From: Chlorokybus atmophyticus
Lineage: Eukaryota > Plantae > Mesostigma and Chlorokybus algae
Reading direction: 5' to 3'
NCBI GenBank assembly: GCA_009103225.1
Contig: RHPI01003330.1
Location: forward strand, 318,472-382,471
DNA length: 64,000 bases
The notes under the pieces are model-generated. The model made no database searches. It worked only from the letters and a program-made list of their open reading frames with translations, and had not been told where the DNA came from. Both the position numbers and the translations under genes were made by a program. Of the stretch, positions 1-12,049 are shown in pieces (position 1 is the stretch's first letter; each line of letters opens with the position of its first letter).

Positions 1-1849
1 ACTCTCTTAACGACTTCTCGAAGTCCTCGTCATCATCTATGAAGTCGGGGTCGTCTTCGGGCAGCGCAATAACCTCCTCATCGTTGTCCCCATCAGCAGC
101 ATCAGGCAGCTCTCCCTCCTCTTCTGCTGCCGCAGCCCGTGGGGGGTCAGGTTGTGCCGCTGGCGTGGTGCCAGCTGGCGTAGAGAGCTGATCGCTGGTT
201 GCAGTGGAGTCCGGGTGTGCCGGTTGGCTGGTAGCAGCAGCAGATGGCCGCTGAAGTCTCGGTCGCTTCGGTGCGGCGTCCGCGGGCTTCCCGGAGGTGC
301 TGGGCTGCTCTTCCTCGTCCTGCTGCCGCCGTTTGCGCTTGTCTTCCATGATCTCAGCAAACGACTTGGGAGCTATAAACTGCGACGACACAGCGGGGGC
401 CGATTTTGCTGGTGATGCGGTCACAGATGGTTCTTTGCCCTTTTCAGCTTGCCTTAACCCTTGCACAGCAGCATCCTTCTTGCTCGCCTGGCCATTGCTG
501 CCGGCAGGGTTGATGCATTGCTGTGGCGGAGTCAATCCGGGTAAGGTTTCCAGAGCTGCTTCAAGTGCTTTGGGCTTACCGCCAGCCGCCCTCGGCTGCA
601 CCTTACCTCGCTGCGTGGTACTGCCCGCCTGCGGTGGTCGCTCGGGCACGGCTGCTGCTGCTGCAGCTGGTGAAGCGCTGCGCGCAGCACGCTTCTCAGC
701 CAGAATCTCTGCCAAAGGCCTTGGTGGCTTGAATGGAGATGACTGCGTTGAAGCCTCTGTTTGAGGTCTGGACTTCACGCGCATCCCGGCTGGTGCAGCC
801 GGCATTTCGTTCTCCAATCCAGCTGGTAACCTTTCAGCGATGACTGCGGGACGCCCATCCACTTTATCTTCTACGGCTGCCACGACAGCGTGCTGAAACG
901 CTCGCGGGCCTCCTGGTCTCCTGATGCCCGCTGGCGCTTGCTGCCGAGCTGGACTGCTGCTGCCGCCAGGCTGGCTGTTGGATGGACCAGACTTCAAGTC
1001 ATTACTGCTTGCGACGCCAAGCCGCCCGGCCAAGCGTTTTGAGCGCGGCTGAATACCATTGAGCTGTGCTTCAGCTGCTGTGGCGCCAGCTCTGGCGGCA
1101 CGTAGACCTGCTTCGCTCCTCGGGTTAATGACATTGTTCTGTTGGGGCCGGTGGCGTGCAGTCTCCTGTTTCTGACTGGCCGCTGCTGGTGGCTGCTGCT
1201 CTTCCGCACGCTTGTTCGCTGACGTTGGGGCAGGTAAGCTTCCAGCAAGCGATGGTGGTTTGGCCTGCACAGCTTCTGTATCGTCTATGATGATGTTTGA
1301 TAGAGCAGACGCTGCTCCTGGATGAAGGAACGGGCATGCGTCTCCCTTTGTGCAGTTGCCTTGAAGAAAGAAGATGCAAGGTTTCTTGCGTGCGTCGGGT
1401 GGGCGGGACTGTCACAATCACGCAGTAGCGGCAGTAAGTCTACATGAACGTCGCAACTGTGGCCTATCTTTGACAAATGAGGACAAGCAGCATCTATGAT
1501 GATGGTCGTATAATCGCCATCCGCGAACGGACGCACTGCCAACTGCAACATGGGTGCGAATACGTTCTTCAAAGCAGGGCATCCGTACCGGATGCCGAAA
1601 GACACAGTCGGTTCTGGTGCACTGATGCTTCAGCCAGAAAGCACAAGTCACTGGGTTTATCTTGGCCTTCTCACTGTGACGAAACTCGCAGCCATCACCC
1701 TAGCAGCATATCATGCAATCAGATAATTGCACCATTACTTTCACACAACACATGAGTGCAAGCTGAGAATGTACAACACTTACATTTCTGCATGTCCCAC
1801 TGAGGAAGAAAACACAATCGGTGTTTTTCTTCTCGGCTTCAGTAGTCAT
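1..1849 (-). CDS. Three-CCCH zinc finger protein (plant C3H17 / ZC3H11A-like), 3' end runs off the window
   Basis: Spliced model: exon 1849-1784 MTTEAEKKNTDCVFFLSGTCRN; exon 1699-1589 GDGCEFRHSEKAKINPVTCAFWLKHQCTRTDCVFRHP; long exon from about 1408 containing KKPCIFFLQGNCTKGDACPFLHP, then low-complexity and acidic sequence to base 1. GT-AG boundaries keep the frame. Confidence 0.85.
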
Positions 1850-2751
1850 TGAGGGAACCCCAGCAGCAGACAGCCACACTCAAGCAGCTCCTGCAGAGAT
1901 TGTGTGTTAGAGACTGGGTTACGCGACTAGCTACAACTATTGCCTGCATCATCACACAAATCAGTTGGCACTGCTCCAGTGACAGATTGACTGCTGCATT
2001 TCCAGCATAGCAGTGGGCTATGACGACAATTCCAGATCCTACACTGCCGCAGCATGTGCCATTTGCATTGTGCTACAGTTGAAAGCATAGAAAACTGCAC
2101 GGTAGGCGTGTGCACATTGCATAGATACTGAACGTGAGAACGGATGCCATTGTGTAGCATGCACAGCCTATGCAGCAACGTTTTTGGTATCAAATGTTTG
2201 GAAGCAGTAGCGTGTGAAAACTGCAGCGTTGAGTGTGTATGATATGCGTGGTAATTGTTAAACAACTGTGGGCAATCGCAACAACCCTCAGCATTATACA
2301 TTGGAAGTGAACTACATGTAACTAACACCGCTCAGCCTTTAAGGGCAACTTCCGAAAGCAACTTGCCCAGGACACTGGAACAGCATCAGCCCCAAACCAA
2401 CGGCCACGGCATTGTGTGTGTTGACGGAGGTCATGCTATGCAGTCAGACAGTCAGCAAGACAACACTCAAACAGCCAGCACATTGCTGACTTACTGTCAC
2501 ACGCCGCAGGCCAGCTGTGGTGCGCTTGTTTGTTGCGTGCGCTCACAACCGCAGCTGGAAGGCAGCACCACAATTCCAAACCACTCGCGCGGCGAGCGCA
2601 CGCTATGCAACAAATACTGCTCCGACACTGGCGCAAAACCAGAAGCCTTGCAAGGAACGCCTTAAGCTGACCTTCTGAGCAACCCCAACTTTACCGCCAC
2701 CAGCACCGCCGCCGCCGCCGCCGCCGCCCCCACGCCAACACCTTCCTGAGG

Positions 2752-2797
2752 TTAGGGTTTGCAAGCAATTTTTGCCAATTTTCTTGGATTAGGGTTT
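2752..2797 (-). promoter_or_regulatory. Two telo-boxes (AAACCCTAA on minus) in the divergent promoter/5'UTR between the CCCH gene and SNRNP40
   Basis: TTAGGGTTT at 2752-2760 and 2789-2797. The telo-box is an established plant promoter element of housekeeping genes. Confidence 0.55.
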
Positions 2798-3023
2798 GAA
2801 TGCAAGCAGCTGCCTTCAGGTCGTTGCCGCCGCCGTCGCCGCCGCTGTCGCTGAGGCCGTCGCCGGCAAGAGGGTTGGAGGACGAGAAACAGGGGGTGGG
2901 GGGGTGCGGCTGCATGCGAGTGGTGGTGGTTCTGTCTTGCTGGAGAGTTTGTGGGCGTGATGCTGGCCTGCTGTTGAGATTGAGGGGGGGCTAGGTAGTT
3001 GCTCGCTTGGTGGGTGCTTCAGC

Positions 3024-5408
3024 ATGTTGGCGCCAAAGCGCCCAGGCGAGTTTAGCAATGAGAACGGTGGAGGCGGCGAGGAGGGTCTGGAGATTGTCGC
3101 AAAGAAGGCACGCACAGATGATGGCGCTATCGTCACCGCCGGCTCAAATGCAAAGCCCATTGTTAGCATTGTCCCAAAAGAGGTCAGTGGACAAGCGGAG
3201 GGTTTTCCTCCACACACTAGCTTCTTTCTGCATCTGGAAACCACAGCAGCTCATGTGGAGAGAGAAACTGTCTACACGAGCTCCACATGAGCTGCTCTGT
3301 CCCCTTACCCGCACCTCATGTGGAGCTGCTCTTTAAGAGTGTAGCTGCTCTGTCCCCTTACCCGCACCTCATGTGGAGCTGCTCTTTAAGAGTGTACTGT
3401 AGACATGAGCTGTGTACAGCACAAGCGTTGTTGCTGACTCCCTCACGCACAACGCAACAGTTGATGTTTGGCAGAACTGCCTTTTTCTTCCTCCCTTCGC
3501 TTCAGACAATGTTGTCGTGGTGATTGAAAAACAGCCCATGCATGCTCAGACAATGTCGTATACCGCTGTTGCTATGCTATGCTACCGTGGCTTTAGCTAG
3601 TTGAGCACACCTTTACCGCACATAGGGTTGATGCACGTTCATCTATTTGTACATTATGCATTCAGCATTGATGCGACACATGCAGTCTTGAGCATGCCTG
3701 CGTACCAAAGTGATGTATCACGTTCTTAATAAGTTCTGAGCCCTATGAGTGGTACTGACATGCAGAGACGGGGATAGTTTCGTCATTGTCACAAACAAAC
3801 AATGCATGCTGCCAACATGGACGGTGTTGACATGTTGCTTCTGCAGGGGCCCCAACGAACTTCAAGTCTGGAAGCACCCATCATGTTGCTAACAGGACAT
3901 GGGGTGAGTCTCAATCACATTATTGCAGCGCCATCAACGTTCGCATTGGTTACTGAGCGCATCCTTGGTGTTCACAGCATGTTTGGCTCGCATGGCACAT
4001 TGCACATGCTTGATGTTCGCTGCTTGCAGGGCGAAGTGTATACAACAAGGATAAATCCAGCTGGAACTGTTGTTGCATCTGGCTCAAAAGACAAGTTGAT
4101 ATGTGAGCTTGCCACTACTCGATGCAGCAAAGCCTGCTGTATGTGCAGCAGTGCTGTAACAGGAGGTTTCAATTGCTGATCAACCTGTGTGCTCTGGCAG
4201 TTCTCTGGAATGTCCACGGTGAATGCGAGAACTTTTCGGTGTTGAAAGGCCACACGAATGCGGTTGTAGATTTGCAGTGGACAACAGACGGGTCGCAGAT
4301 CATTTCGTGCTCACCGGACAAGAGCATCCGGGCTTGGTGAGGGGATGCAGCAGGTTGGCATCCACCAAATCTGAAGCTTGTGTGCATGATCTGACAGTGG
4401 TTATCTTAGGGATGCGCAAACTGGCAAGCAGATAAAGAAGATGGCAGAGCACTCGTCATATGTCAACAGCTGCTGTCCAGCTCGAAGAGGTCCACCCTTG
4501 GTGGTTAGCGGCTCCGATGATGGCACAGCCAAGCTGTGGGACTTGCGAGTCAGAGGAGCAGTGCAGACCTTCCCTGATAAGTACCAGGTTGGCAAATGTG
4601 GTTGGCACGCATTGCATATGCACACAGGCCCGCACGTACACGTTTGTGTACACTTGTGTGCATGTACGCACACGCACGCACGCAAAGCTGCGCTTACTGC
4701 GCGCCTTTATGTGATCTGTCCTCATGTCTTGCAGATTACCGCTGTCAGCTTCTCTGATGCAAGTGACAAGGTGTACACCGGCGGTATAGATAATGATATC
4801 AAAGTTTGGGACTTGCGGAAGACAGAAGTTGCAATGCGGTTACAAGGGCACACAGATACCGTAACAGGAATGAGGTTGAGTCCAGATGGCGGCGCTTACT
4901 TGCTAACCAACTCAATGGATTGCACGCTAAGGGTAAGGTGACCTTCGCCTTTCGCATGGCCGCTATGAAGCAAGTCTTTGTATACTGATGTTTCCTCCAT
5001 GTGCGCTCGCAGATATGGGACATGAGGCCTTTTGCCCCGCAAGATCGCTGCATCAAGATACTCACAGGCCACCAGCACAGTTTTGAGAAGACTCTCATCA
5101 AGTGCGACTGGTCGCCTGATGGCCAGCTGGTCGGCTGCGGTAGCTCAGATAGGAACGTGTACATATGGAACACTACGTCACGACAATTGCTGTACAAGCT
5201 TCCCGGGCACTTAGGCAGCGTGAACGAGGTGGCGTTCCACCCTAAGGTCAGTTTCATGTTGTTTACCTGTTGTCTACTATGCTCGATGGGTATCACGGCT
5301 GAACATGCGTAAATCCTAACGGGTTCGTTATGGCAGGAGCCCATTGTTGCTTCATGCGGTAGCGACAAGCAAATATTTTTGGGTGAGATTCAGCAGCCAT
5401 CTTCATAG
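3024..5408 (+). CDS. SNRNP40: U5 snRNP 40 kDa WD40 protein
   Basis: Exons give RTSSLEAPIMLLTGH, LKGHTNAVVDLQW, HSSYVNSCCPARRGPPLVVSGSDDGTAKLWD, LTNSMDCTLR-IWDMRPFAP, GHQHSFEKTLIKCDWSPDG, LYKLPGHLGSVNEVAFHPK-EPIVASCGSDKQIFLGEI. Stop TAG at 5406-5408. Confidence 0.95.
3245..3395. repeat. Intronic 16-bp inverted repeat plus 53-bp tandem duplication
   Basis: agcagctcatgtggag (3245-3260) and ctccacatgagctgct (3281-3296) are exact reverse complements. 3290-3342 is repeated exactly at 3343-3395. Confidence 0.95.
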
Positions 5409-6462
5409 TCATTGTTGGCTACAGGTACTGGTACTTTGTTGCGATAGCTCGCTGTGGTGTACATGGAGGCGTGGTGTTTCCATTTCCAGTAGAGTTTTTC
5501 AGCCAGTGGCATGCTTCAGCTGTGTAGTTGGTAATGATTACTTGGTACGCACTGTTGCAAAAGCCTTGTCTGTGCTTACTATGATGGTGCATACATGCGT
5601 GTTCTGCGTTTTGTGTACATAGATAATGGCGGCATAACGATATTTGATTTGCAACAAAGATTGCTTGCGACGCAAGGAACACACATGCAACAACTACTAG
5701 TAAATTTCTGACCTATAGTAGCTGAATGCCCTGTAAGGTTTACCTTACCCGCCAAACCAACATTTCTTTCTTCAAAGCTTGAGTACAGTATAATAAATAT
5801 AATGCAAGGATTGTGTCATGCATAAGAATGTGACGCGCACATGCATGAGCAGTCTACTCACCACACCATGAAGCACTCTCATTAACCACCGGGCTGCTAA
5901 GCTAGCTACTGCCTACCTACGTTCTCTACTGCCCATACCCCATTAGACATGCATGCATGCGTGCGTCATCACCTGCACATGCGCCTTGGTAGTACGTGCT
6001 TGCAACACTTTTATTCATGGACATATTGAGTCAGTCCAATGTCAATGATCCAGCAGATGAACTGACTTTCTCTCTATACTGACGGTGACACTGTTACACC
6101 TCCACCAGCGGACAGAATGCACTCACATGATCAACTACACCTGCTTTGCCAGTTGCCCACAATACATCGGTCTATCCTGCACGACACGCAAGCAACTGGA
6201 GTGGAACTGGTTGGTATGTGTAGCTGTAGGCAGCAATACGCGCAAACAATGCTGGCGTCATGCATGCCCGCGTAAGAGAGGCAGATTGGAGTGATGTGAA
6301 GCTAGCACGCTGTATAATAACTAGCATGCGCACATCACAAATGCACAGTAGAACGCGTATATGTACATACTGTTACAGCTACATTGGAGCAAGCTCTACA
6401 CCGGCTGGTACCCACAGCTGAAGCTGGTGCTTACGATATAGGGTGATCTTACAAGCACTCGC

Positions 6463-8218
6463 TTAAGCATTGGCAGCAGCTGCAACGAAATCGGAGGCCG
6501 AAGCCTGCACCTTCTGAGATATCAGCAGCTGCGCCATCTGGATGCGCTCCTTGCTGCTCCCGAATATTGTTACCTTGCTGTACACAACACAAACAGCTTG
6601 TTCAGCCATAGCATTGACGCACACCTGCAGACACTCTCCAAACGTGCCTGAGACCCACTTTGCAACCAAAGCCTGCGCACCGATTGGTGGTGCCTGGCAC
6701 AAAGTCCCCCCGGTCAGATATCTTCACACGGACCCCCGCAAGCGACTCAATCTCCAGCACTTTTGAGCCACCACGGCCGACAATAGCACCAATGTGCTTG
6801 TCAGGAACGGCGACAGTAACAGACGTCGTGGGACCACCAAGTGTCACATCAATGGCCTACGGCAGACACAAGCACCGCATGTGTCAACATGCAGTGTTGA
6901 GTTTCTTGACAAGAGCGCACATGCTCACACGCGCGCGCACGCACATATGCACGCAGTGATCAACCTGCAGAACTTGCGATCGGGATGAGCCGACACTTTG
7001 AGTGAGTAAGTGGGACGGATAGGCTATGGGCGTGTTTGACGAGAAAGTCATGGGGGAGCCGCAGTACAGCGTGTATGATGTGTCTTCCGACAGCTTGGTG
7101 ATAATGAGCGCCATGGCACGCAGCTGCTGCTCTACCGTGCCTGAAATCGTCATCAGCCTCTCGGTCATGCCCGGCAGCAGCGTGTCCAAAGGGCTGAGCT
7201 TGATAGTCGCACCGCTGTCCTCTGTGAATGTCCTGTAAAGGCATGTAACGCCTGCTTATTTGTAATGTTTCATTGCAATGTTAGCCTTATCCAACGTGTG
7301 AAGTAGCTTGCATCATACACTTGATGTCAAGTGAGGTCATGTTGTCACCTGATTGTTGTGCCTCCTTTGCCAATGAGAGCGCCACAGCACTTGGAAGGCA
7401 CAATCAACTTCACATTCACTACACCAGACCCATCCATGACAGTGTCCTGGTAACCAACATTGTAACCAACATTGGCTTTGTGAGTAACTTGACAACAACA
7501 CGCCACATGAGCACCACCATCAGCGGTACCTCAGTGAGAAGTTTCGTGAGAATGAGGTGCAGAGCCGTGAGGATGGCATTAACAGTGCCGGTGAGAGACA
7601 GCACGCGATCGTTGGTGCCCCTGAACGTCTCCGTGTTTTTGGAGACTTGGATCCTCGCGCCAGACTGCACCTGATACTCCGTGATGGTGCTGCCGCCCTT
7701 GCCGATGATGGGACCGGCAGCCTGGTTGGACACCAGAAAGCGTACGATCATGGTGTTGGAACTCCCATCTGTAAACAACCAATGCAATTGAGAACAATAC
7801 AACTAAAGCATGCAGATAGCACTGAGCGCAGCGCACTTGACCCGCAAACTTGGTCACAATACTACAGACACTTGTGTGTGTCTGTGTGCGCGCATGCATG
7901 CGCACGCGCACACATGCACTAAGCAATGTTGCCCTGCTTGTGTACTTGCAGGGTTGTGCGTGTGTGTACGTTCATAGCATGGTGCAGCTGTCAGGAAGCA
8001 GTTTGTACATATGGTGCTCTAAGTTGTTGGTCCTCAGACAGCTCTGTATGCAGCATGTGACAATGCCTACCGTCCTCTCGGGAGCGCTTGTTTGGAGAGT
8101 CGCCCTGCGAGGGGGTGCCATCCGGGCTGCTGCGCTTGAGAGACTCCGGAGGCGTCGGCGCCTCGCTCTCGCTCGCCTCGTACATGTCTTCATTGTCACC
8201 GTAAGAAGCCATGCTCAT
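6463..8218 (-). CDS. BTR1: Triple-KH-domain RNA-binding protein, BTR1/NOVA family
   Basis: KH1 VRFLVSNQAAGPIIGKGGSTITEYQVQSGARIQVS; KH2 VKLIVPSKCCGALIGKGGTTIR; KH3 VTVAVPDKHIGAIVGRGGSKVLEIESLAGVRVKISDRGDF. All three GxxG loops are intact. Stop at 6463. Confidence 0.88.
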
Positions 8219-8998
8219 GGGTCTGCTTGCGTAAAAGAGCAGCATTCATGTGAGCGAACGCAGTGCTTAGTACCTGGCCATTGATTCCCAAAAAGATGGA
8301 TGCTTGAGTGGTGTGACTTGCATGTGCCAACCAAGCATCCAGTACATGCAGCAACCAGCTGAGCCTTGGGCATACACAAATCACATGCCTTGTGTGTAGT
8401 GTTCACTTGTCTGCATTGCCCGACAACTATGCGCAAGTCATGCGAGCAAGCTTAGAACTGCAAACTTGTGACCACCATGTACTGCAAAGCAAGATACTCA
8501 GCAATGCTCTGCTCCGTTGAGTTGACAGCCACTTCAGTGCTCAACTGTCCACGCTGTTTGTTGCACAATGTGTCATCTCCTGAACAGCTTGGTTAGCACC
8601 CCGTTACTATCACCACCAACAAAGCAAGCAACTGGCTCATGATGGGCTGCTCATGCGTCGTAAAATTAGCAGCCCCGAACAAGCACCACACAGACAGGCA
8701 ATGCTGGACTCCAACAAGCTGAGAAACGAGAAACCCAAGTACCCAAGCCATGGAGCCAAGCCTGGCACGTGCTGGGCAGCCCCAAGTGCGCAATGCACAA
8801 AGCTGACAGATGGCAGCGGCAAAACTCTGGGCTTACACAGCTAGAGGCTCTACAGCTGGGTTTACCAGGCGGCAGAAGGCGTGGTTGGGGCGGGGCGGGG
8901 CGTAAGGGATGGGCGGTGGGTGGGGGGAAGCGTGTACCGCAAGCTGGGGAAGGAGGCGGAACGGGCGGAAGGGGTGGCGGAGGCGGGGCGGTTGACAA

Positions 8999-9050
8999 TG
9001 ACGACAACGACAAGCACAACGACGACAACGACAACGACAACGACACCAAC
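8999..9050. repeat. (GACAAC)n-like degenerate hexamer microsatellite in the KH/SDR divergent promoter region
   Basis: gacgacaacgacaagcacaacgacgacaacgacaacgacaacgacaccaac seen directly. Confidence 0.8.
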
Positions 9051-9803
9051 AGTCACGTCACAGCTGCTTGGTAAAGCGCGTTGCAGTTAATGTTGCTTCA
9101 TGCCGTTAAACGGCGGCCGTTTCGCTCATTTATTAGGCCAAGTTGCAGCAATTTGATTCACTCCGCAGAATCACGTTGGAGCTGAGCTGAATGCGTAACT
9201 CAACTTACCACCGATCCGGCTCCGCGAGCAGGGCAACGTGAACGACATCAGCCGAGCTGGTTGGACTGGACTCATGATTAAATTGAGGGCTGCGCCTGCT
9301 TCGTTGACAATTGTTTGTTGCCGGCGTCATCGGCGTCATCGGCGGCAGCGTCAGCGACATCGTGGTGTTCGGTTTTCTTTGTGCTGTGGGTGTCGAACGC
9401 TTGCTCTGCTTTTCTTGTTGAAGGTTAGAGAGTCAGTCAGACTGCAGCATTTTTGCAGCTGGCCAGGCTGCACGGAGCAGCTCTGATCTGACTGCTGACT
9501 GCTTAGAAACGCATGCATGCTTGCTGCTGTATACGTGTACTTGTTGCTCAGACCTAGTCGGGTCCCCCTGGTTGCGTCGCAGTTTAGCTGGGAAAATAGC
9601 ATGCTTGACGCTATGGCGGCGCAGCTGCATGCTGTGTCAGTGCTGTGTCTGCCCTTTCCTGTCCTGTCTGTTGCGTGAGGCAGCGTGGACCAATGCACAA
9701 AGCATGCATGCTGGGGCAGATTGCGTGCGACTGCTTGCGCTTACATGTGAGCTTCTGTACTGCTATCAGGCTTTGAACCAAGCGCATTCCTATTCAGTCA
9801 ATC

Positions 9804-11164
9804 ATGGCTGACAGCAAAAGGTAACAATGAACAGTGGCTGCTTGGGTCTGTGTGAGAACCTGTTAGCAAGAAAGAGTGGCAAGCAATGCAAAGAGTTTGC
9901 TTTTTGGTTGAAAGAGCCATGTGTGGCAGGTTTAGCGGTAAGGTCTTTCTGGTCACGGGTGCGAGTTCTGGCATCAGCGCGTGCGTGGCGGAGCACCTGG
10001 CCGCAGACGGCGCGCACGTCTGGCTCGCCGCCCGACGCGAGGAGCGCCTGTCGGCACTGCGTGACAAGATTGTTGCTGCGGGCGGAAGCGGCAAGTCCTG
10101 ATGGCACATTTGGCGGTCCTATGAACTTTGTAGATGTTGTCTGCGTGTGCACGTGCATGCGCGCATGTGCGTGTGCGTGTGTACACCCGCGCACCAGCGT
10201 GTGTGTCTCACTTGCAACAGTTGCCGATTGCAATGCACGCACACATGGACATGTAACAATATGCTTTTTTGCTGCAGCTACTGTGCACAAGCTGGACATA
10301 CGGGATCACGCGGCCGTGGACGAATGCGTTGCGGCCATAGTTAAGAAGCATGGCAAGCTTGATGGTGCTTGGAACGGCGCAAACATTGGCGGCAAGAGTG
10401 GCACGTTGGAAGCGTACGATATGGCGAACTTTGCGGTGCGAAGAACTCGTGCTTAACAATCTCCTACGCAATATTCTACTCCAAGCTGATCAACTTTTGT
10501 TCATTGCTCTCTGCACTACGCAGGATATCCATGCCACAAATGTCATTGGAACAGCAGCTTGCATCAAGGCAGAAATGAAGCAGATGCGCGCTCAGGTCAG
10601 CACAAAACATCTTTCTTTTTCACACACAACTCGCTCAACTTTGACCTTACTCTAGTATACACTGTGTGCACAGGGTTATGGGACCATAGTCAACAACTCC
10701 TCAGTGGCCTCCACGAAGGCAATGCCGCACATGTCGGCATTTGTATCATCAAAACACGCGCTGGAGGGCCTCATGAAGTGCGCTGCGCTGGAAATAGCCG
10801 CCGCGGGTGTTCGCATAAACAACATCGACGCTGGCTACGTGTACCCAAGGTGTGAGAGTCAGATTACTTGTTCAAACCCTTGCTTGGCATGCTGCTTGCT
10901 GAACAGCATGCAACACACAACCACCTTCTCTGCAGTGAGATGTTCACCAACTTTGTGGACAAGCTACCGAAGATGGGTTTGACGGAGGAGTGGTTTTTGG
11001 AGAAGCTACCGCAGCGGCGTTTCACCACGCCGGACGAGGTGGCGAATGCGGCGCTGTTCCTGCTGGATGATCGCCTCGCCAGCGGCGTCACGGGACAGAG
11101 CATCAGCGTCTGCGGCGGGATGGGACTGAACCAGTTTTCGGGCACAAGTTCGCTGAAGCGATGA
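9804..11164 (+). CDS. Classical short-chain dehydrogenase/reductase (NADPH-type) with Tyr-to-Phe at the catalytic motif
   Basis: Model MADSK|RFSGKVFLVTGASSGIS...WLAARR; KHGKLDGAWNGAN; GTIVNNSS; SAFVSSKHALEG; GVRINNIDAG; PDEVANAALFLL..GVTGQSISVCGG. The second intron (10091-10277) is GC-AG. Confidence 0.9.
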
Positions 11165-12049
11165 TGGGTGAGAAGTTGTCACGTTGGCGGTGTGTCACTC
11201 TGGGCGGTATTGCTGCCATAGAGTGCAAACATGTGTATACATTTGTGTCACAGTGCAGTGCAGCGATTTGTGTACCTCGTGTCTTAGTACTCTACAGTAC
11301 CAGGGATTGCAAATTGAGTGCTGGAACGACGACCACCGCTGGGCTGTTTGAGTTGGGGCAGTTAAGTGTCGTGCAAATTCTCTTGAGCTATAATTTTCTA
11401 GCGGTATAGGGAAAAATAGGAGGGGCCTGGAACACAAGCAGACCTGCACAGTACAACCAACAACAGGCAAGCATGCTCGATACACCACAACACACATGCA
11501 CGTAAACTGCTCCAACTACCTAGCTTAACTAGGCTAGGGGGCCTGGTCCCTATGTGCTTCTGTGCGTGCATGGCAGGATAGATGCAGATCATCGTCTCGG
11601 CATTGCTCAGCGTATGGAGAAGAAACTAGGAGCGGCGGTGCGCAAGATGCGGTGCAGAAGATGACGACTGTGCGGACAATCAACGTGACAGCCCTAACCC
11701 TAACTGTTCTCTTCCAGCAAGAATCTTTCTCAAATGGTGTCAGGTGTGTCAAGCAGTGAGCATGTCCGACTTGATAGAACCGAACCTTGCTGTAAGTAGG
11801 CAGACTCTTTATAGCAAAGCACGGCACAGCAATCTAATATTACTTCAGAATCTATACACTTCAGTGGCAACTAAGCGTTACGGGTACACAGACAAAGTCC
11901 ACAGCGGTATGCGCATTGCCAGCCAGCAATGTTTTCCCTCCCCTAGTACACCCTTGTCTATACTGTACACGATAGCTAGAGCACAGAAACGCGCACAGAG
12001 CACACACACACACACAACCCCTCTAACCCACCTCCCACTACACTCACAC

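Noticed and set aside
3701-3762. C/D-box snoRNA-like arrangement (GTGATGT..CTGA..CTGA) in SNRNP40 intron 1
   Set aside because: The C box is imperfect, the C-to-D span is only about 49 nt, and I could find only an 8-nt complement to rRNA. A snoscan run would be needed.
11692-11703. CCCTAACCCTAA telomere-like dimer
   Set aside because: Only two units, in a 3'UTR region; not evidence of an interstitial telomere.
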